IMG/VR virus record: IMGVR_UViG_2845838682_000001
Source: a virus
Taxonomy: Duplodnaviria > Caudoviricetes
Length of the DNA stretch: 64,000 bases
Direction: 5' to 3' (one strand)
Shown here: positions 45,971 to 54,111 of the stretch, in pieces
Layout: each line of letters begins with the position of its first letter
How positions within the stretch are numbered: the stretch's first letter is position 1
Made by a program: the position numbers and the translations under genes
The notes under the pieces: model-generated
Databases searched by the model: none
The model's input: only the letters and a program-made list of their open reading frames with translations
What the model was told of the DNA's origin: nothing

Positions 45971-46690
45971 TCAACCGGGATGGACCTTGGCGGCGATACT
46001 CCGCCGCATCCTTCGGAGCCACCCCTCCTTTTCCGGCACGGCCGGCGCATCCGGTCGGCCGGGCCGCTGCCACGCTCTGAGACTCGACCGGTCAAGGTAC
46101 GGCGGTTCCTTATCGACAGGGGGCGGGCTGTCGTGCAGCACGGATTCGACGGTTTCCCGAACATGTTCGAGCCATTGAGTGACGTCGGCGCGAACGCGCG
46201 CGAGCATATCCGGTTCGGCGTCTACCTCGTCGCCGAACTCGTCCTCGGTAGTCGGCATCGGCATCCGCGAGTACCTGTCGAGAAGGTCCTCAAGCAGTTG
46301 AAGCCGCCGACGGATCTCCGGCGTGAGGACGCGGGGCATCACGACTTCGCGGATGTGGCGGCGCTCGGCGTTGGCTTGGTCGCCTCGACCGGTCGCTAAC
46401 TGGCGGTGCTTGGTGCGGAGTTCGGGGATGCCCTCCTTGACGGACCTCAGGGAGGCCAGCAGATCCACCAGAGCATCGGCCTCGCGCTGGCTGCGTGAGG
46501 TTGCCGCCTGCGCCGTCCGCTCTGCCTCCGCCTTCTCGCGCTCAGCTTTCAGCATCCAGCGTGTCTGCCAAAAGGTCGCGGCCCAGCTGATGGCTCCGCC
46601 TATGACACCGCCGCCGAGGCCACCGCCGAGCGCGCTGAGGAAGAGGTCGGAGTCCTTGAGGGCGATGAGCCAGTCTGTGAAGGGGGACAT
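45971..46690 (-). CDS. Moron-like protein with N-terminal TM
   Basis: GGGLGGGVIGGAISW TM; atypical codon usage; inserted between terminase and portal. Confidence 0.65.
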   Translation of the reverse strand: MSPFTDWLIALKDSDLFLSALGGGLGGGVIGGAISWAATFWQTRWMLKAEREKAEAERTAQAATSRSQREADALVDLLASLRSVKEGIPELRTKHRQLATGRGDQANAERRHIREVVMPRVLTPEIRRRLQLLEDLLDRYSRMPMPTTEDEFGDEVDAEPDMLARVRADVTQWLEHVRETVESVLHDSPPPVDKEPPYLDRSSLRAWQRPGRPDAPAVPEKEGWLRRMRRSIAAKVHPG

Positions 46691-46730
46691 GGCGCCATTC
46701 TGGCGGCTCAGGGCTGTGCTCGCTCGCGTT

Positions 46731-48281
46731 TCACATCCACGATCCGCCGACGGCGGTGACCTGGCCGCGGCCCACGGTCTCCTCCATACCGATGGTGACG
46801 GCGTCGATCACGTCGTCGTTGACGACCTTCGGGTAGGCCAAAGCTTGGTCCTCGAACTCGGGGAGGATCCGTTCGAACGCGACTTCGGACACCTGGCAGG
46901 CCTGCAGCAGGTTCGCGAACCGCACCTCTTTGGGGGCGGAGGTGTGGGTGGTGCGGATCGGCACCGGCATGTCGTGCAGCGCCACCTCGTGCAGGTCGCC
47001 GCCCTGGTTGGTCTCGATCACTATCTCGCTGACGTAGGGGTGGGACTCCAGCAGCGCGAGGACGTAGGCGCGCATGGGCTCGCCATGGGGGATTTTGCGG
47101 CCGGTCGCGAAGTGCACCAGGCACTGGCCGCGCTTGTGCTGGTCGGTGCCGCTGGTGCGCGAGACCACGGCGAATCCGGTGTAGTCGGAGGAGTCCTTGG
47201 AGGTGACCGCGGGGTCGATCGTCATGATCGTGCGCAGCCGGGTCAGGCCCGGCTCGACGTGGATGTCCTCCTCGCGCCACCAGGTGCCGTCGATCGGGCG
47301 GGGCTGGTTCTCGTAGTTCTTCCGGTAGGACACGGTGTGCCGGATGGAGGTGAGGTAGTCCAGCGGCCACTTGTCCGGCCAGATGCTGCGTTCCCCGCCG
47401 TCCGGGGTGGCCACGATCGGCGCGTAGTAGTGCACCCGGAACCGTTCCGAGTCGATCCATTCGGGGGTGTCGTCGGTGCTGGTGACCGTTTTGACGAGCT
47501 GGTGCACGATGCTGCCGGCCATCACCACCGTGCCCACCAGCGCCACGTGCGCGCGTTCGTTCATCGGCAGCACGGTGTCGGTCAGGGTGGTCAGCCGCTT
47601 GTCCATCTGGTACGGCGAGTAGTTGGCTTCGTCGGGTTCCACGTCGTCCAGCACGATCAACGACGGGCGCCGGTTGAGGGGGTCGACGAGGCCGAGGATG
47701 TTGGAGTCCAGCCCGCCGGCGGTGAAGGAGAATCCGGAGGCGGTGTGCAGCATCATGCGGGAGTCGGAGACGGTGCCGCCGCCGCGGCGGCGCGCGGGCC
47801 GGCACAGGGCCGGGTAGTCCTCCTGCAGCAGCGGGTTCGCGTCGAGTTGCTGGCGGAACCCGAGCACGTGTTTCTCCGCCTGGGCTCCTGACGAGGAGAA
47901 CGCGGCGATGAACTGTAGGTGGCCGTGGGCGGCGGCCCAGATCGGCAGGATCTTGAACACCCACGAGGATTTCCCGCTTTCGCGTGGGGCGACGAAGGCG
48001 TGGCGCTCCTGGCGGGGGCCCGGTTTGCGTAGCCACCGGCGGCCGTGGCGCGAGAGGGCCAGGTGCAGGTCGGCGAGGGTGATGCGCCCGTCGGGGCCGC
48101 GCAGCAGGTCGCCGCAGTACAGGATCGCGAACAGCAGGGGATCCAGCCGGGTCAACAGGCGGCGGCCTTCCGGGTCGGCGAGCATCCGCTCGTCCGGCAC
48201 CGCGGATAGGACGTAATCGTGCAGGTCGAAAACGCCGGCGTGCTGCCCCGCCAGGTACGGGTCGCCCTTACGGGTGCGCAT
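46731..48281 (-). CDS. terL: Terminase large subunit
   Basis: APRESGKSS Walker A, IVLDDVE Walker B, GTVV motif, nuclease motifs IDPAVTS...SDYTG and NDDVIDA. Confidence 0.9.
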   Translation of the reverse strand: MRTRKGDPYLAGQHAGVFDLHDYVLSAVPDERMLADPEGRRLLTRLDPLLFAILYCGDLLRGPDGRITLADLHLALSRHGRRWLRKPGPRQERHAFVAPRESGKSSWVFKILPIWAAAHGHLQFIAAFSSSGAQAEKHVLGFRQQLDANPLLQEDYPALCRPARRRGGGTVSDSRMMLHTASGFSFTAGGLDSNILGLVDPLNRRPSLIVLDDVEPDEANYSPYQMDKRLTTLTDTVLPMNERAHVALVGTVVMAGSIVHQLVKTVTSTDDTPEWIDSERFRVHYYAPIVATPDGGERSIWPDKWPLDYLTSIRHTVSYRKNYENQPRPIDGTWWREEDIHVEPGLTRLRTIMTIDPAVTSKDSSDYTGFAVVSRTSGTDQHKRGQCLVHFATGRKIPHGEPMRAYVLALLESHPYVSEIVIETNQGGDLHEVALHDMPVPIRTTHTSAPKEVRFANLLQACQVSEVAFERILPEFEDQALAYPKVVNDDVIDAVTIGMEETVGRGQVTAVGGSWM

Positions 48282-48882
48282 GCCCGCCGCCGGCGCCGTC
48301 GTCCTCACTGTCCCCGTCCTCGTCTTCGTCGTCCAGGGCGGCGGTGAGCTGCTGCTCCTCGCGGTCCTGGTTCCGCTTCGCTTCGGCGAGGATCTCGCCC
48401 AGCGCGGAGGCGGCGCCGTCGCCGCCGGTGAGGGTGGCCTCCACCTGGATCTCCTCACCGGGTCCCAGCAGGTGGCGGCGCTGGCGCATCACCACGTCCA
48501 TCATCCGGATCATGTCGGACACCGACAGCTCGCTCGGGGACATGGAGGTGAGCCGCTGCGCGATCTTGCCGATGCCCGCGGAGAGGACCTTCGCGTCGGC
48601 TTCGGCCGCTTTGCGGCGCTCTTCCAGCCACATGGCCTGGTGCAGCCGGTCGCGGTGGCGGTCGAACGCTTCGGCGCGTTCGGTCCACCGGAACTGGGCG
48701 GCGACACGGCGCAGGTAGTCGGCGCTGTTGTCGGTGCGTTCCGCGGTCTCGCGGATGGACCGGGTGCGGCCCAGGTCCCGGTAGATCGCGAACTGGCCGA
48801 ACCGTTTGGGGGTCTCCTGCGGTTGGCGCTCCCAGACGTCGGTGCCGGGGTCCAGCTCGATCGGGTCGCCGTGGGTGCTCAC
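48268..48882 (-). CDS. Terminase small subunit (putative)
   Basis: WERQPQET..F..FAIYRDLG..RS...W.ERAEAFD HTH type; directly upstream of terL. Confidence 0.75.
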   Translation of the reverse strand: MSTHGDPIELDPGTDVWERQPQETPKRFGQFAIYRDLGRTRSIRETAERTDNSADYLRRVAAQFRWTERAEAFDRHRDRLHQAMWLEERRKAAEADAKVLSAGIGKIAQRLTSMSPSELSVSDMIRMMDVVMRQRRHLLGPGEEIQVEATLTGGDGAASALGEILAEAKRNQDREEQQLTAALDDEDEDGDSEDDGAGGGHAHP

Positions 48883-49799
48883 CCCGCCCCCCGCTCAAGG
48901 TAGGTCTCCGCCAAGCGGGTCAGCAGCTCCCACGGGCGGGTGTCGTCGACGTCGCCGGCCTTGGCGGCTTTGCGCAGCGCCCGGGTCAGCGTCGCGGCGT
49001 GCTCAGCGGGCAGGGTGCGGGTGCCGAAAACGGTCTCCCACCCGACGGGTTTCTTGTGGCGGGCCGCTCCGTCGTCGTCGAGATAGCCGGCCTGCAGGTC
49101 GGTGAGGTGGTTCTCGAACACGTCGAGGATCAGACCGAAGGCGGTGGCGACGTTGCCGACGTTGTGCGCCGCGTGGGCCGACGCCAGCGCGTCGAGGGTG
49201 GGTTCGTAGTCGGCCCGGGAGGTGAGCCAGGTTTCGTCGGCGCCGGTGCGCGCGTCCTCCAAAGCTCGGCGGGCGCGGTCCAGCTCGTGGGGCAGGAACA
49301 CGACCTGCACGTTCTGGAAGTCGAGGTTCGCCTCGGACAGCCCTTCGAGGGTGACGTCGTCGAGCAGCGCCAACTCCTTGTCGTCGAGGCCGGCGTAGGT
49401 CCGCCAGTCGACCTCGTCGATCTGTTCGTACAGCTGTTTGAGGGTGGCGGGGTCGTCCTCACCGGCGATGGCGTTGTGGGACAGCTGCAGCGCGATGAGC
49501 TGCGACTGAGACAGCGGCTGGTCGATCAGCATGCAGTCGATCTCGGCCAGGCCGGCATCGGCCGCGGCGTCGCAGCGGTGGTTGCCGGACAGGATCAGCT
49601 CCGCGCCCTCGGCGTACTCGCCGCCGCCGTAGATCAGCGGCACCGAGGTGAGCGCCCCGTCGCGGCGCAGGTTAGCGACCAGGCGCTGGTACTCCTCCTG
49701 CCTCATGTACCGGGCGTTGGTGCTCAGGCGGGTCAGCGCCGCCGGGGTTCGCCGCACCAGGCGCGGCGCCAGCCCGGTGGGCAGGTCGGTGTGGGTCAT
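48879..49799 (-). CDS. ParB N-terminal (ParB/Srx) domain protein of a DNA-modification locus
   Basis: NARYM...LVANLRRDG, ILSGNHRC.AA, QLSHNAIAGEDD. Confidence 0.85.
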   Translation of the reverse strand: MTHTDLPTGLAPRLVRRTPAALTRLSTNARYMRQEEYQRLVANLRRDGALTSVPLIYGGGEYAEGAELILSGNHRCDAAADAGLAEIDCMLIDQPLSQSQLIALQLSHNAIAGEDDPATLKQLYEQIDEVDWRTYAGLDDKELALLDDVTLEGLSEANLDFQNVQVVFLPHELDRARRALEDARTGADETWLTSRADYEPTLDALASAHAAHNVGNVATAFGLILDVFENHLTDLQAGYLDDDGAARHKKPVGWETVFGTRTLPAEHAATLTRALRKAAKAGDVDDTRPWELLTRLAETYLERGAG

Positions 49800-51139
49800 C
49801 GAGTCACCGCCTTGGTGTGCTGAGCGTGCTTGGCCTCCCACATCTCCAGCGCTTCGGCCAGGGTCCAGGAGCCCAGCGGGCCGCCGTAGTCGAGCTGCCA
49901 GGTGTGATCGGACACCTCGCACGGCTTACGGGAGCGCAGTTTGATGCCGGGGATGCCGCGGCCGTACTTGCCGCTGGTGGGGTTGTCGGTGAACGCGGTG
50001 GTGGCCCAGGAGGTGAGGCGTTTGGACAGGGACCGCTGCAGCAGAGCCTGCGCCTCGGAGCTGGTGGCGGCCATGACGATCAGCTTCGACAGCCGCTTGT
50101 ACTTCGACCAGCCGATGGGGAAGTCCGACATGAGGTAGGCGCAGTCGGGATCGAACTTCGGCGGGAGGTACCCGAACGCGCCGATCAACCGGCCGGCCGC
50201 GGCGACGCCGACGGCCAGGTGCGGCATGCCGGGCGCGATCCGCCGATCCAGGCACATGCTGCGAAGACCGGCGAACTGGGCCGCCGACAACGGATGCAGC
50301 GTCAGCGGCCCCTCCACCTCCTCGTCGGCGCCGATCTTCGGCATCTTGATCGGTTCGGTCTTCTGCCGCGGCCCGGCCCACCGGGCGGCGCCGGGGCGGG
50401 CGTAGACCTCGATCGGCACCGCCCGCGGCGACAGCTGGACGTAACCCACCCGGTAGGGCTCCAGGTCAGGGTCGCGGTAGTGCAGCCCGAGCAGCCAGTG
50501 CGGCCGGTCGGTCATCCGCTGGATGATCTCGCTCTTGCCCGCCTCGTCCAACTCCGTGAACTCCGGCTCCGGCCAGTCGAAATGCTGTTCGATGCCTTTG
50601 AACATCTGCTTGTAGCCGGCGGCCCAGAAAGGCGGGAAGCTCGCGAAGGGGGCGTCGTCGGGGACGGCGTCGAGGTAGGTGCGGACGTCGCCCGCGTAGA
50701 AGCTGGAGGTCCGCAGCGTCAACGCGTGGAGCTTGGCGACGGTGGCGGCGTGCATGCGGTCCCACTGGTCGCGGTAGGCCTGCACCATCCGCCGGTGGTA
50801 CGGGGTGTCGCGCCCCACGAACTCCAGGAACCGGGTACCGAGCATCAACGTGGCGAGGGTGCCGGCGCCGTGGTCGAGGGAGGGCTCCAGCCACCCCAGA
50901 GCCTCGCGGGAGTCCTCCTTGAGGGTGAAGGGCACGCGTTGGCCGGAGAGGTACCAGCCCAGCGCACACGAGTAGGGGTTGACGTCGTTGGAGTGCACCG
51001 GCCGGGTGAGGTCGGCCAGGGTGCGTTCGATCGTCATGTTGCCGCTGCAGCCGACATAGACGGGCTGGTCGGTGGGCCAGGCGCGGGCGTGCTCGTGCAC
51101 GATCTGTCTCAAGGGCTGCGGAATGGTCCCCTGGAACAC
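49796..51139 (-). CDS. Adenine-methyltransferase-like / GNAT(Mom)-like fusion, putative antirestriction DNA-modifying enzyme
   Basis: RBS GGGAGG, GTG 51139; N-terminal YVGCSGNMTIE, SNDV and SFPPF (altered motif IV); C-terminal AVGVAAAGRLIGAFGY...YLMSDF...RLSKLIV...TTAFTD...GKY. Confidence 0.7.
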   Translation of the reverse strand: MFQGTIPQPLRQIVHEHARAWPTDQPVYVGCSGNMTIERTLADLTRPVHSNDVNPYSCALGWYLSGQRVPFTLKEDSREALGWLEPSLDHGAGTLATLMLGTRFLEFVGRDTPYHRRMVQAYRDQWDRMHAATVAKLHALTLRTSSFYAGDVRTYLDAVPDDAPFASFPPFWAAGYKQMFKGIEQHFDWPEPEFTELDEAGKSEIIQRMTDRPHWLLGLHYRDPDLEPYRVGYVQLSPRAVPIEVYARPGAARWAGPRQKTEPIKMPKIGADEEVEGPLTLHPLSAAQFAGLRSMCLDRRIAPGMPHLAVGVAAAGRLIGAFGYLPPKFDPDCAYLMSDFPIGWSKYKRLSKLIVMAATSSEAQALLQRSLSKRLTSWATTAFTDNPTSGKYGRGIPGIKLRSRKPCEVSDHTWQLDYGGPLGSWTLAEALEMWEAKHAQHTKAVTR

Positions 51140-51156
51140 CGGCGCCCTCCCGTGGT

Positions 51157-51230
51157 TGGAGCGCTGGCCAGGAGTCGAACCTGGTCCTCCCACCAGGGTG
51201 GTGGGTGTGCGGCCGTTGCACCTCCAGCGC
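51157..51230 (-). tRNA. Non-canonical tRNA-Gly(CCC)-like gene with encoded CCA
   Basis: GCGCTGG/CCAGCGC acceptor stem + T + CCA; GTGC/GCAC D stem; CCCAC/GTGGG stem with loop CA-CCC-TG; CCAGG-TTCGACT-CCTGG T arm; A8, A33 and U37 are atypical. Confidence 0.85.
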
Positions 51231-51245
51231 GGGTATCCGCCCCTG

Positions 51246-51251
51246 ATCATA
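51246..51251 (-). promoter_or_regulatory. -10 box (TATGAT) upstream of the tRNA-like gene
   Basis: 15 nt upstream of G1; no consensus -35, but GGAAC repeats/palindrome at 51254-51278. Confidence 0.45.
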
Positions 51252-51344
51252 ACCGGAACGTATGGAACGGTTCCGAACGATGTCGTTCACGCATGGTAGG
51301 GCCCGCACCCGTCCCCCGGGTGAACGGGCGGGTGCGGGCCGTGT

Positions 51345-51755
51345 CTACAGGTCGAACAGGGTCGGCGGGCCCGGCTGGGGGAGGGCTCCGAGCTCGGGCA
51401 CCTCCTCGCCGGTGTGCTCCTGCCACCAGGCGGCGAACATGGTGCGGTGGCACCACACCCCGGGTTTGGTGAGCCGCTCGAAGCACAGCAGCACCCGCCG
51501 GGTGTTCTCGCCTTCGGCGGGGATCTGTTCCAGCTCGGTGCGGATGGCGTCGACCCCGGCGTCGTCGAGGCGGCGCCGGTAGGCGTCGGCGTAGGTGGCG
51601 TAGCCGGCCTTCAGCATCCAGTTGGCTGGGGTGATCAGCCGGGCGTGGCCGGCCGGAGCCGCAGCGAGCTTGAACCGCGGGTAGCCCACGGTGGTGCGCA
51701 CGGGCACCCCCATGTCTGCGGTGAATTCCTGGTAGGTGCAGGTCGCTAATCTCAT
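51345..51755 (-). CDS. DUF488-like protein
   Basis: PVRTTVGYPRF, Y..AYRRRL, VLLCFE...WCHR.MFAAW. Confidence 0.75.
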   Translation of the reverse strand: MRLATCTYQEFTADMGVPVRTTVGYPRFKLAAAPAGHARLITPANWMLKAGYATYADAYRRRLDDAGVDAIRTELEQIPAEGENTRRVLLCFERLTKPGVWCHRTMFAAWWQEHTGEEVPELGALPQPGPPTLFDL

Positions 51756-51789
51756 GGCAGGCATCCTCGTCGGTCGGGTCGGGAGAAAG

Positions 51790-51828
51790 AAAAAAAGGGG
51801 GGCCCCTGGTGGAGCCCCCCTTTTTTTC
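51790..51828. terminator. Bidirectional intrinsic terminator
   Basis: A7-GGGGGGC ... GCCCCCC-T7. Confidence 0.85.
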
Positions 51829-51831
51829 GGG

Positions 51832-52161
51832 TTAGCCGGTGCAGATGCAGGTGGTGTCAGGCCGGGTCCGGCCGAGGCCGGAGTAGAGCTGGCTGATGGC
51901 CTGGCACGCGTGGGCCCTGGCCGGCTGGTGGCTGGTGGGGATGGCCCCGAGGTGGTCGTCGAAGAAGGTGATGACCGCCTCGGCCTCCTCGGAGGTGAGG
52001 GTAACCTCCTCCGCTCCGACGCCCAGGAGGCGCTGGATGGTCCGGACGGTGTTCTGGTTGTAGTCCGGGGAGAAGGTGAGGGCCGCCAGGAAGGTGGCCA
52101 GCCCCATGGCCTCGATGGTGTCAAAGAGGATGGTGGTGGAGGTGGTGGCCGTGTTACCCAT
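51832..52161 (-). CDS. Hypothetical protein
   Basis: RBS AGGAAAGG; downstream of promoter copy 2. Confidence 0.6.
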   Translation of the reverse strand: MGNTATTSTTILFDTIEAMGLATFLAALTFSPDYNQNTVRTIQRLLGVGAEEVTLTSEEAEAVITFFDDHLGAIPTSHQPARAHACQAISQLYSGLGRTRPDTTCICTG

Positions 52162-52236
52162 GGTAAAACCTTTCCTAGAAAAAGGGGGTACCCCTTTTGC
52201 CATGTCCACTGTTGATTTGTTAAGTAACCTGTTTGG

Positions 52237-52275
52237 TTATATCTAAATCATAATACATATTGACCAAAATAGCAA
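52237..52275 (-). promoter_or_regulatory. Conserved promoter, copy 2 (TTGCTA-N17-TATGAT-TTAGATATAA)
   Basis: -35 at 52270-52275, -10 at 52247-52252. Confidence 0.85.
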
Positions 52276-52324
52276 ATGGTGTGTGGTGGAATTGCCCTGG
52301 AATGCGGCAGGGCGGGAAAAGGGT

Positions 52325-53317
52325 TCAGAACAGCGTCTCCGCCTCCCACGTCCCGCCGGCGCCGGGCTCGGGCGCGTTGGGCTCCTGCGGCGCGGACGCC
52401 GCCGGAGCCGGGGCGGGGGAGGAAGGACCGGCCGCGGCCGGACCTTCGGCGAACGGGCCGGGGGCGTGGCCGCCCGCGGCAGTGGTGAGCGCCTGCATCG
52501 CCCGCACCGTCCGCACCGTGCGCGCCAGCTCCACGGTCTCGCGCCGCTGGGCCTGCGCGTCGGTGATCCATTCGTCGGTCAGCGAGTTGCCGACCCCGAG
52601 CAGCACCCGCGGGCCCAGCTCCCACAGCACCACGTTGGCGGCCAGGCACCCCACGGCCAGCGGGTCGATGTCCACGGCCGCCCAGGTGACGGTGGCCGGG
52701 TCGCGGCCTTCGAGACGCATCGCCTCGGCCAGGGCGCGCAGCATCCCGCCGGTGCCGCACGCCGGCTCGTGCACCGACTCGCCCTCCCGGGGTGCGCCGG
52801 TGAGGCCGACCATCATGGTGGCCACCGAGGCGGGGGTGTAGTACTGGCCGCGGGCCTGGGCCTCGCGCCCGGTCCGCATCAGGGTCAGCAGCGGCCCGAG
52901 CAGGTCGGCATCATGGGGGTGGATGGTGTGGATGCCCGCCTTCAGGGCGGCCTGTGCGGTGGCTTTGGCGGCCTTCAGCGCGATCGTGGAGGGGCCGTGT
53001 TCGCCGAACCACGGCGCCATCAGCGGGTAGATCGGGTTGGCGAGGTCGGGGCGCGCGTTGAGGTACATCCGCCACTGGGCGGCGATAATCTCGCCGACCT
53101 GGCCGGGGGATGCCTCCGCGATGGTGCGCTCGATCAGGGTGTGGGCGTCTGCGTCGGGCGGGCGGATGAACGCCACCGCGGCCACGGTCGACAGGGCGAT
53201 CTCGACCTGGCCGGAGCCGTGGCCGCGGAACCACGCGTCCGCGCATGCCTCGGCCACCGTGTGGGCCCGGGTGTGGGGCCCGCCCCCTGGGGGGCGGGCC
53301 GTCTTGGCGGGGCTCAC
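52325..53317 (-). CDS. N-6 DNA methylase-like protein (SAM-binding half; no NPPY/F seen)
   Basis: GQYYTP, HEPACGTGGML, AVDIDP, GNSL. Confidence 0.8.
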   Translation of the reverse strand: MSPAKTARPPGGGPHTRAHTVAEACADAWFRGHGSGQVEIALSTVAAVAFIRPPDADAHTLIERTIAEASPGQVGEIIAAQWRMYLNARPDLANPIYPLMAPWFGEHGPSTIALKAAKATAQAALKAGIHTIHPHDADLLGPLLTLMRTGREAQARGQYYTPASVATMMVGLTGAPREGESVHEPACGTGGMLRALAEAMRLEGRDPATVTWAAVDIDPLAVGCLAANVVLWELGPRVLLGVGNSLTDEWITDAQAQRRETVELARTVRTVRAMQALTTAAGGHAPGPFAEGPAAAGPSSPAPAPAASAPQEPNAPEPGAGGTWEAETLF

Positions 53318-53493
53318 AGCGGGTTCCCGATGCCGTCGACGAGGTCATCGGGCACCCCGAAGGCGCCGAACCGGTCCTCGAAGCTGTAGCGGATGTAGCC
53401 GACCGCCGGGGGGCAGTCGTCGTCGTGCAGCTCGTCAGGGGCGGCGCCGCAGTCCCAGCAGTCCCGGTCGCTGGCGTTGTATCCGCGGCTCAT
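53314..53493 (-). CDS. Small Zn-binding protein
   Basis: CWDCG...H...C. Confidence 0.55.
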   Translation of the reverse strand: MSRGYNASDRDCWDCGAAPDELHDDDCPPAVGYIRYSFEDRFGAFGVPDDLVDGIGNPL

Positions 53494-54008
53494 GCCGACA
53501 CCTCCTCGTGGTCCTCGTCGGTGGTGTAGGCCGCGAGCAGCTCGGCCAGGACCTGGCGGTCGGGGCGGTGGCCGGACGCTGCGGGCGCGGGCAGCGGGCA
53601 CGTGCAGGCGCCGCGCGGCTCCTGGCAGTCGGCGGGCACCGTCTGCGAGATGTCCCAGACGTAGCCGACGTGGTAGCCGACCGCCTGCCGGCGGGTGCCG
53701 TCGCCTCCGGCCGCCGGTTCGGGCGTTCCGGTTTCTTCGGTGTCCTTCTTGCGGCGGGTGTTGGGCATGAACACGCCCAAGCCCTTCTGGCCTTTGGCGA
53801 CCACGCGGCCGTGCTCCTGCCACTGGCGGAACCCGCGCACCTGGGTGGCGGTGGGCAGCTGCGCCCAGATCGCCAGGGTGTTGGTGGGGCTGTAGCGGTC
53901 GCCGAGGCGGGCGGCGAGGGCTTCGACGGTGTCGAGCTGGCCGGGGTCCGAGGTGGCGACCGCGAGCGTGATCATCTCGTTGAGGTCGGCGGGGGTCATG
54001 CGTGGCAT
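53490..54008 (-). CDS. ArdC-like N-terminal ssDNA-binding domain protein
   Basis: YSPTNTLAIWAQLPTATQVRGFRQWQEHGRVVAKGQKG...VWDISQT. Confidence 0.85.
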   Translation of the reverse strand: MPRMTPADLNEMITLAVATSDPGQLDTVEALAARLGDRYSPTNTLAIWAQLPTATQVRGFRQWQEHGRVVAKGQKGLGVFMPNTRRKKDTEETGTPEPAAGGDGTRRQAVGYHVGYVWDISQTVPADCQEPRGACTCPLPAPAASGHRPDRQVLAELLAAYTTDEDHEEVSA

Positions 54009-54111
54009 GGTGTGTGCTCCCTTTCGCGTAGGTGTCGGCCCCGGGGCGCTGCGGTGACATCTCCGGGGCCGAGGCCGGGGCGGGCGGCCCGGCGGGGCCG
54101 CCCGCAGGGGG

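Noticed and set aside
44450-46000. Invertase-controlled flipping of the portal gene
   Set aside because: No flanking inverted repeats found by eye and no recombinase in the window.
51157-51230. tRNA as a prophage attachment site or host tRNA marking the element boundary
   Set aside because: It is full length, non-canonical and embedded in a phage operon with phage genes on both sides; no duplicated 3' fragment or integrase is seen.
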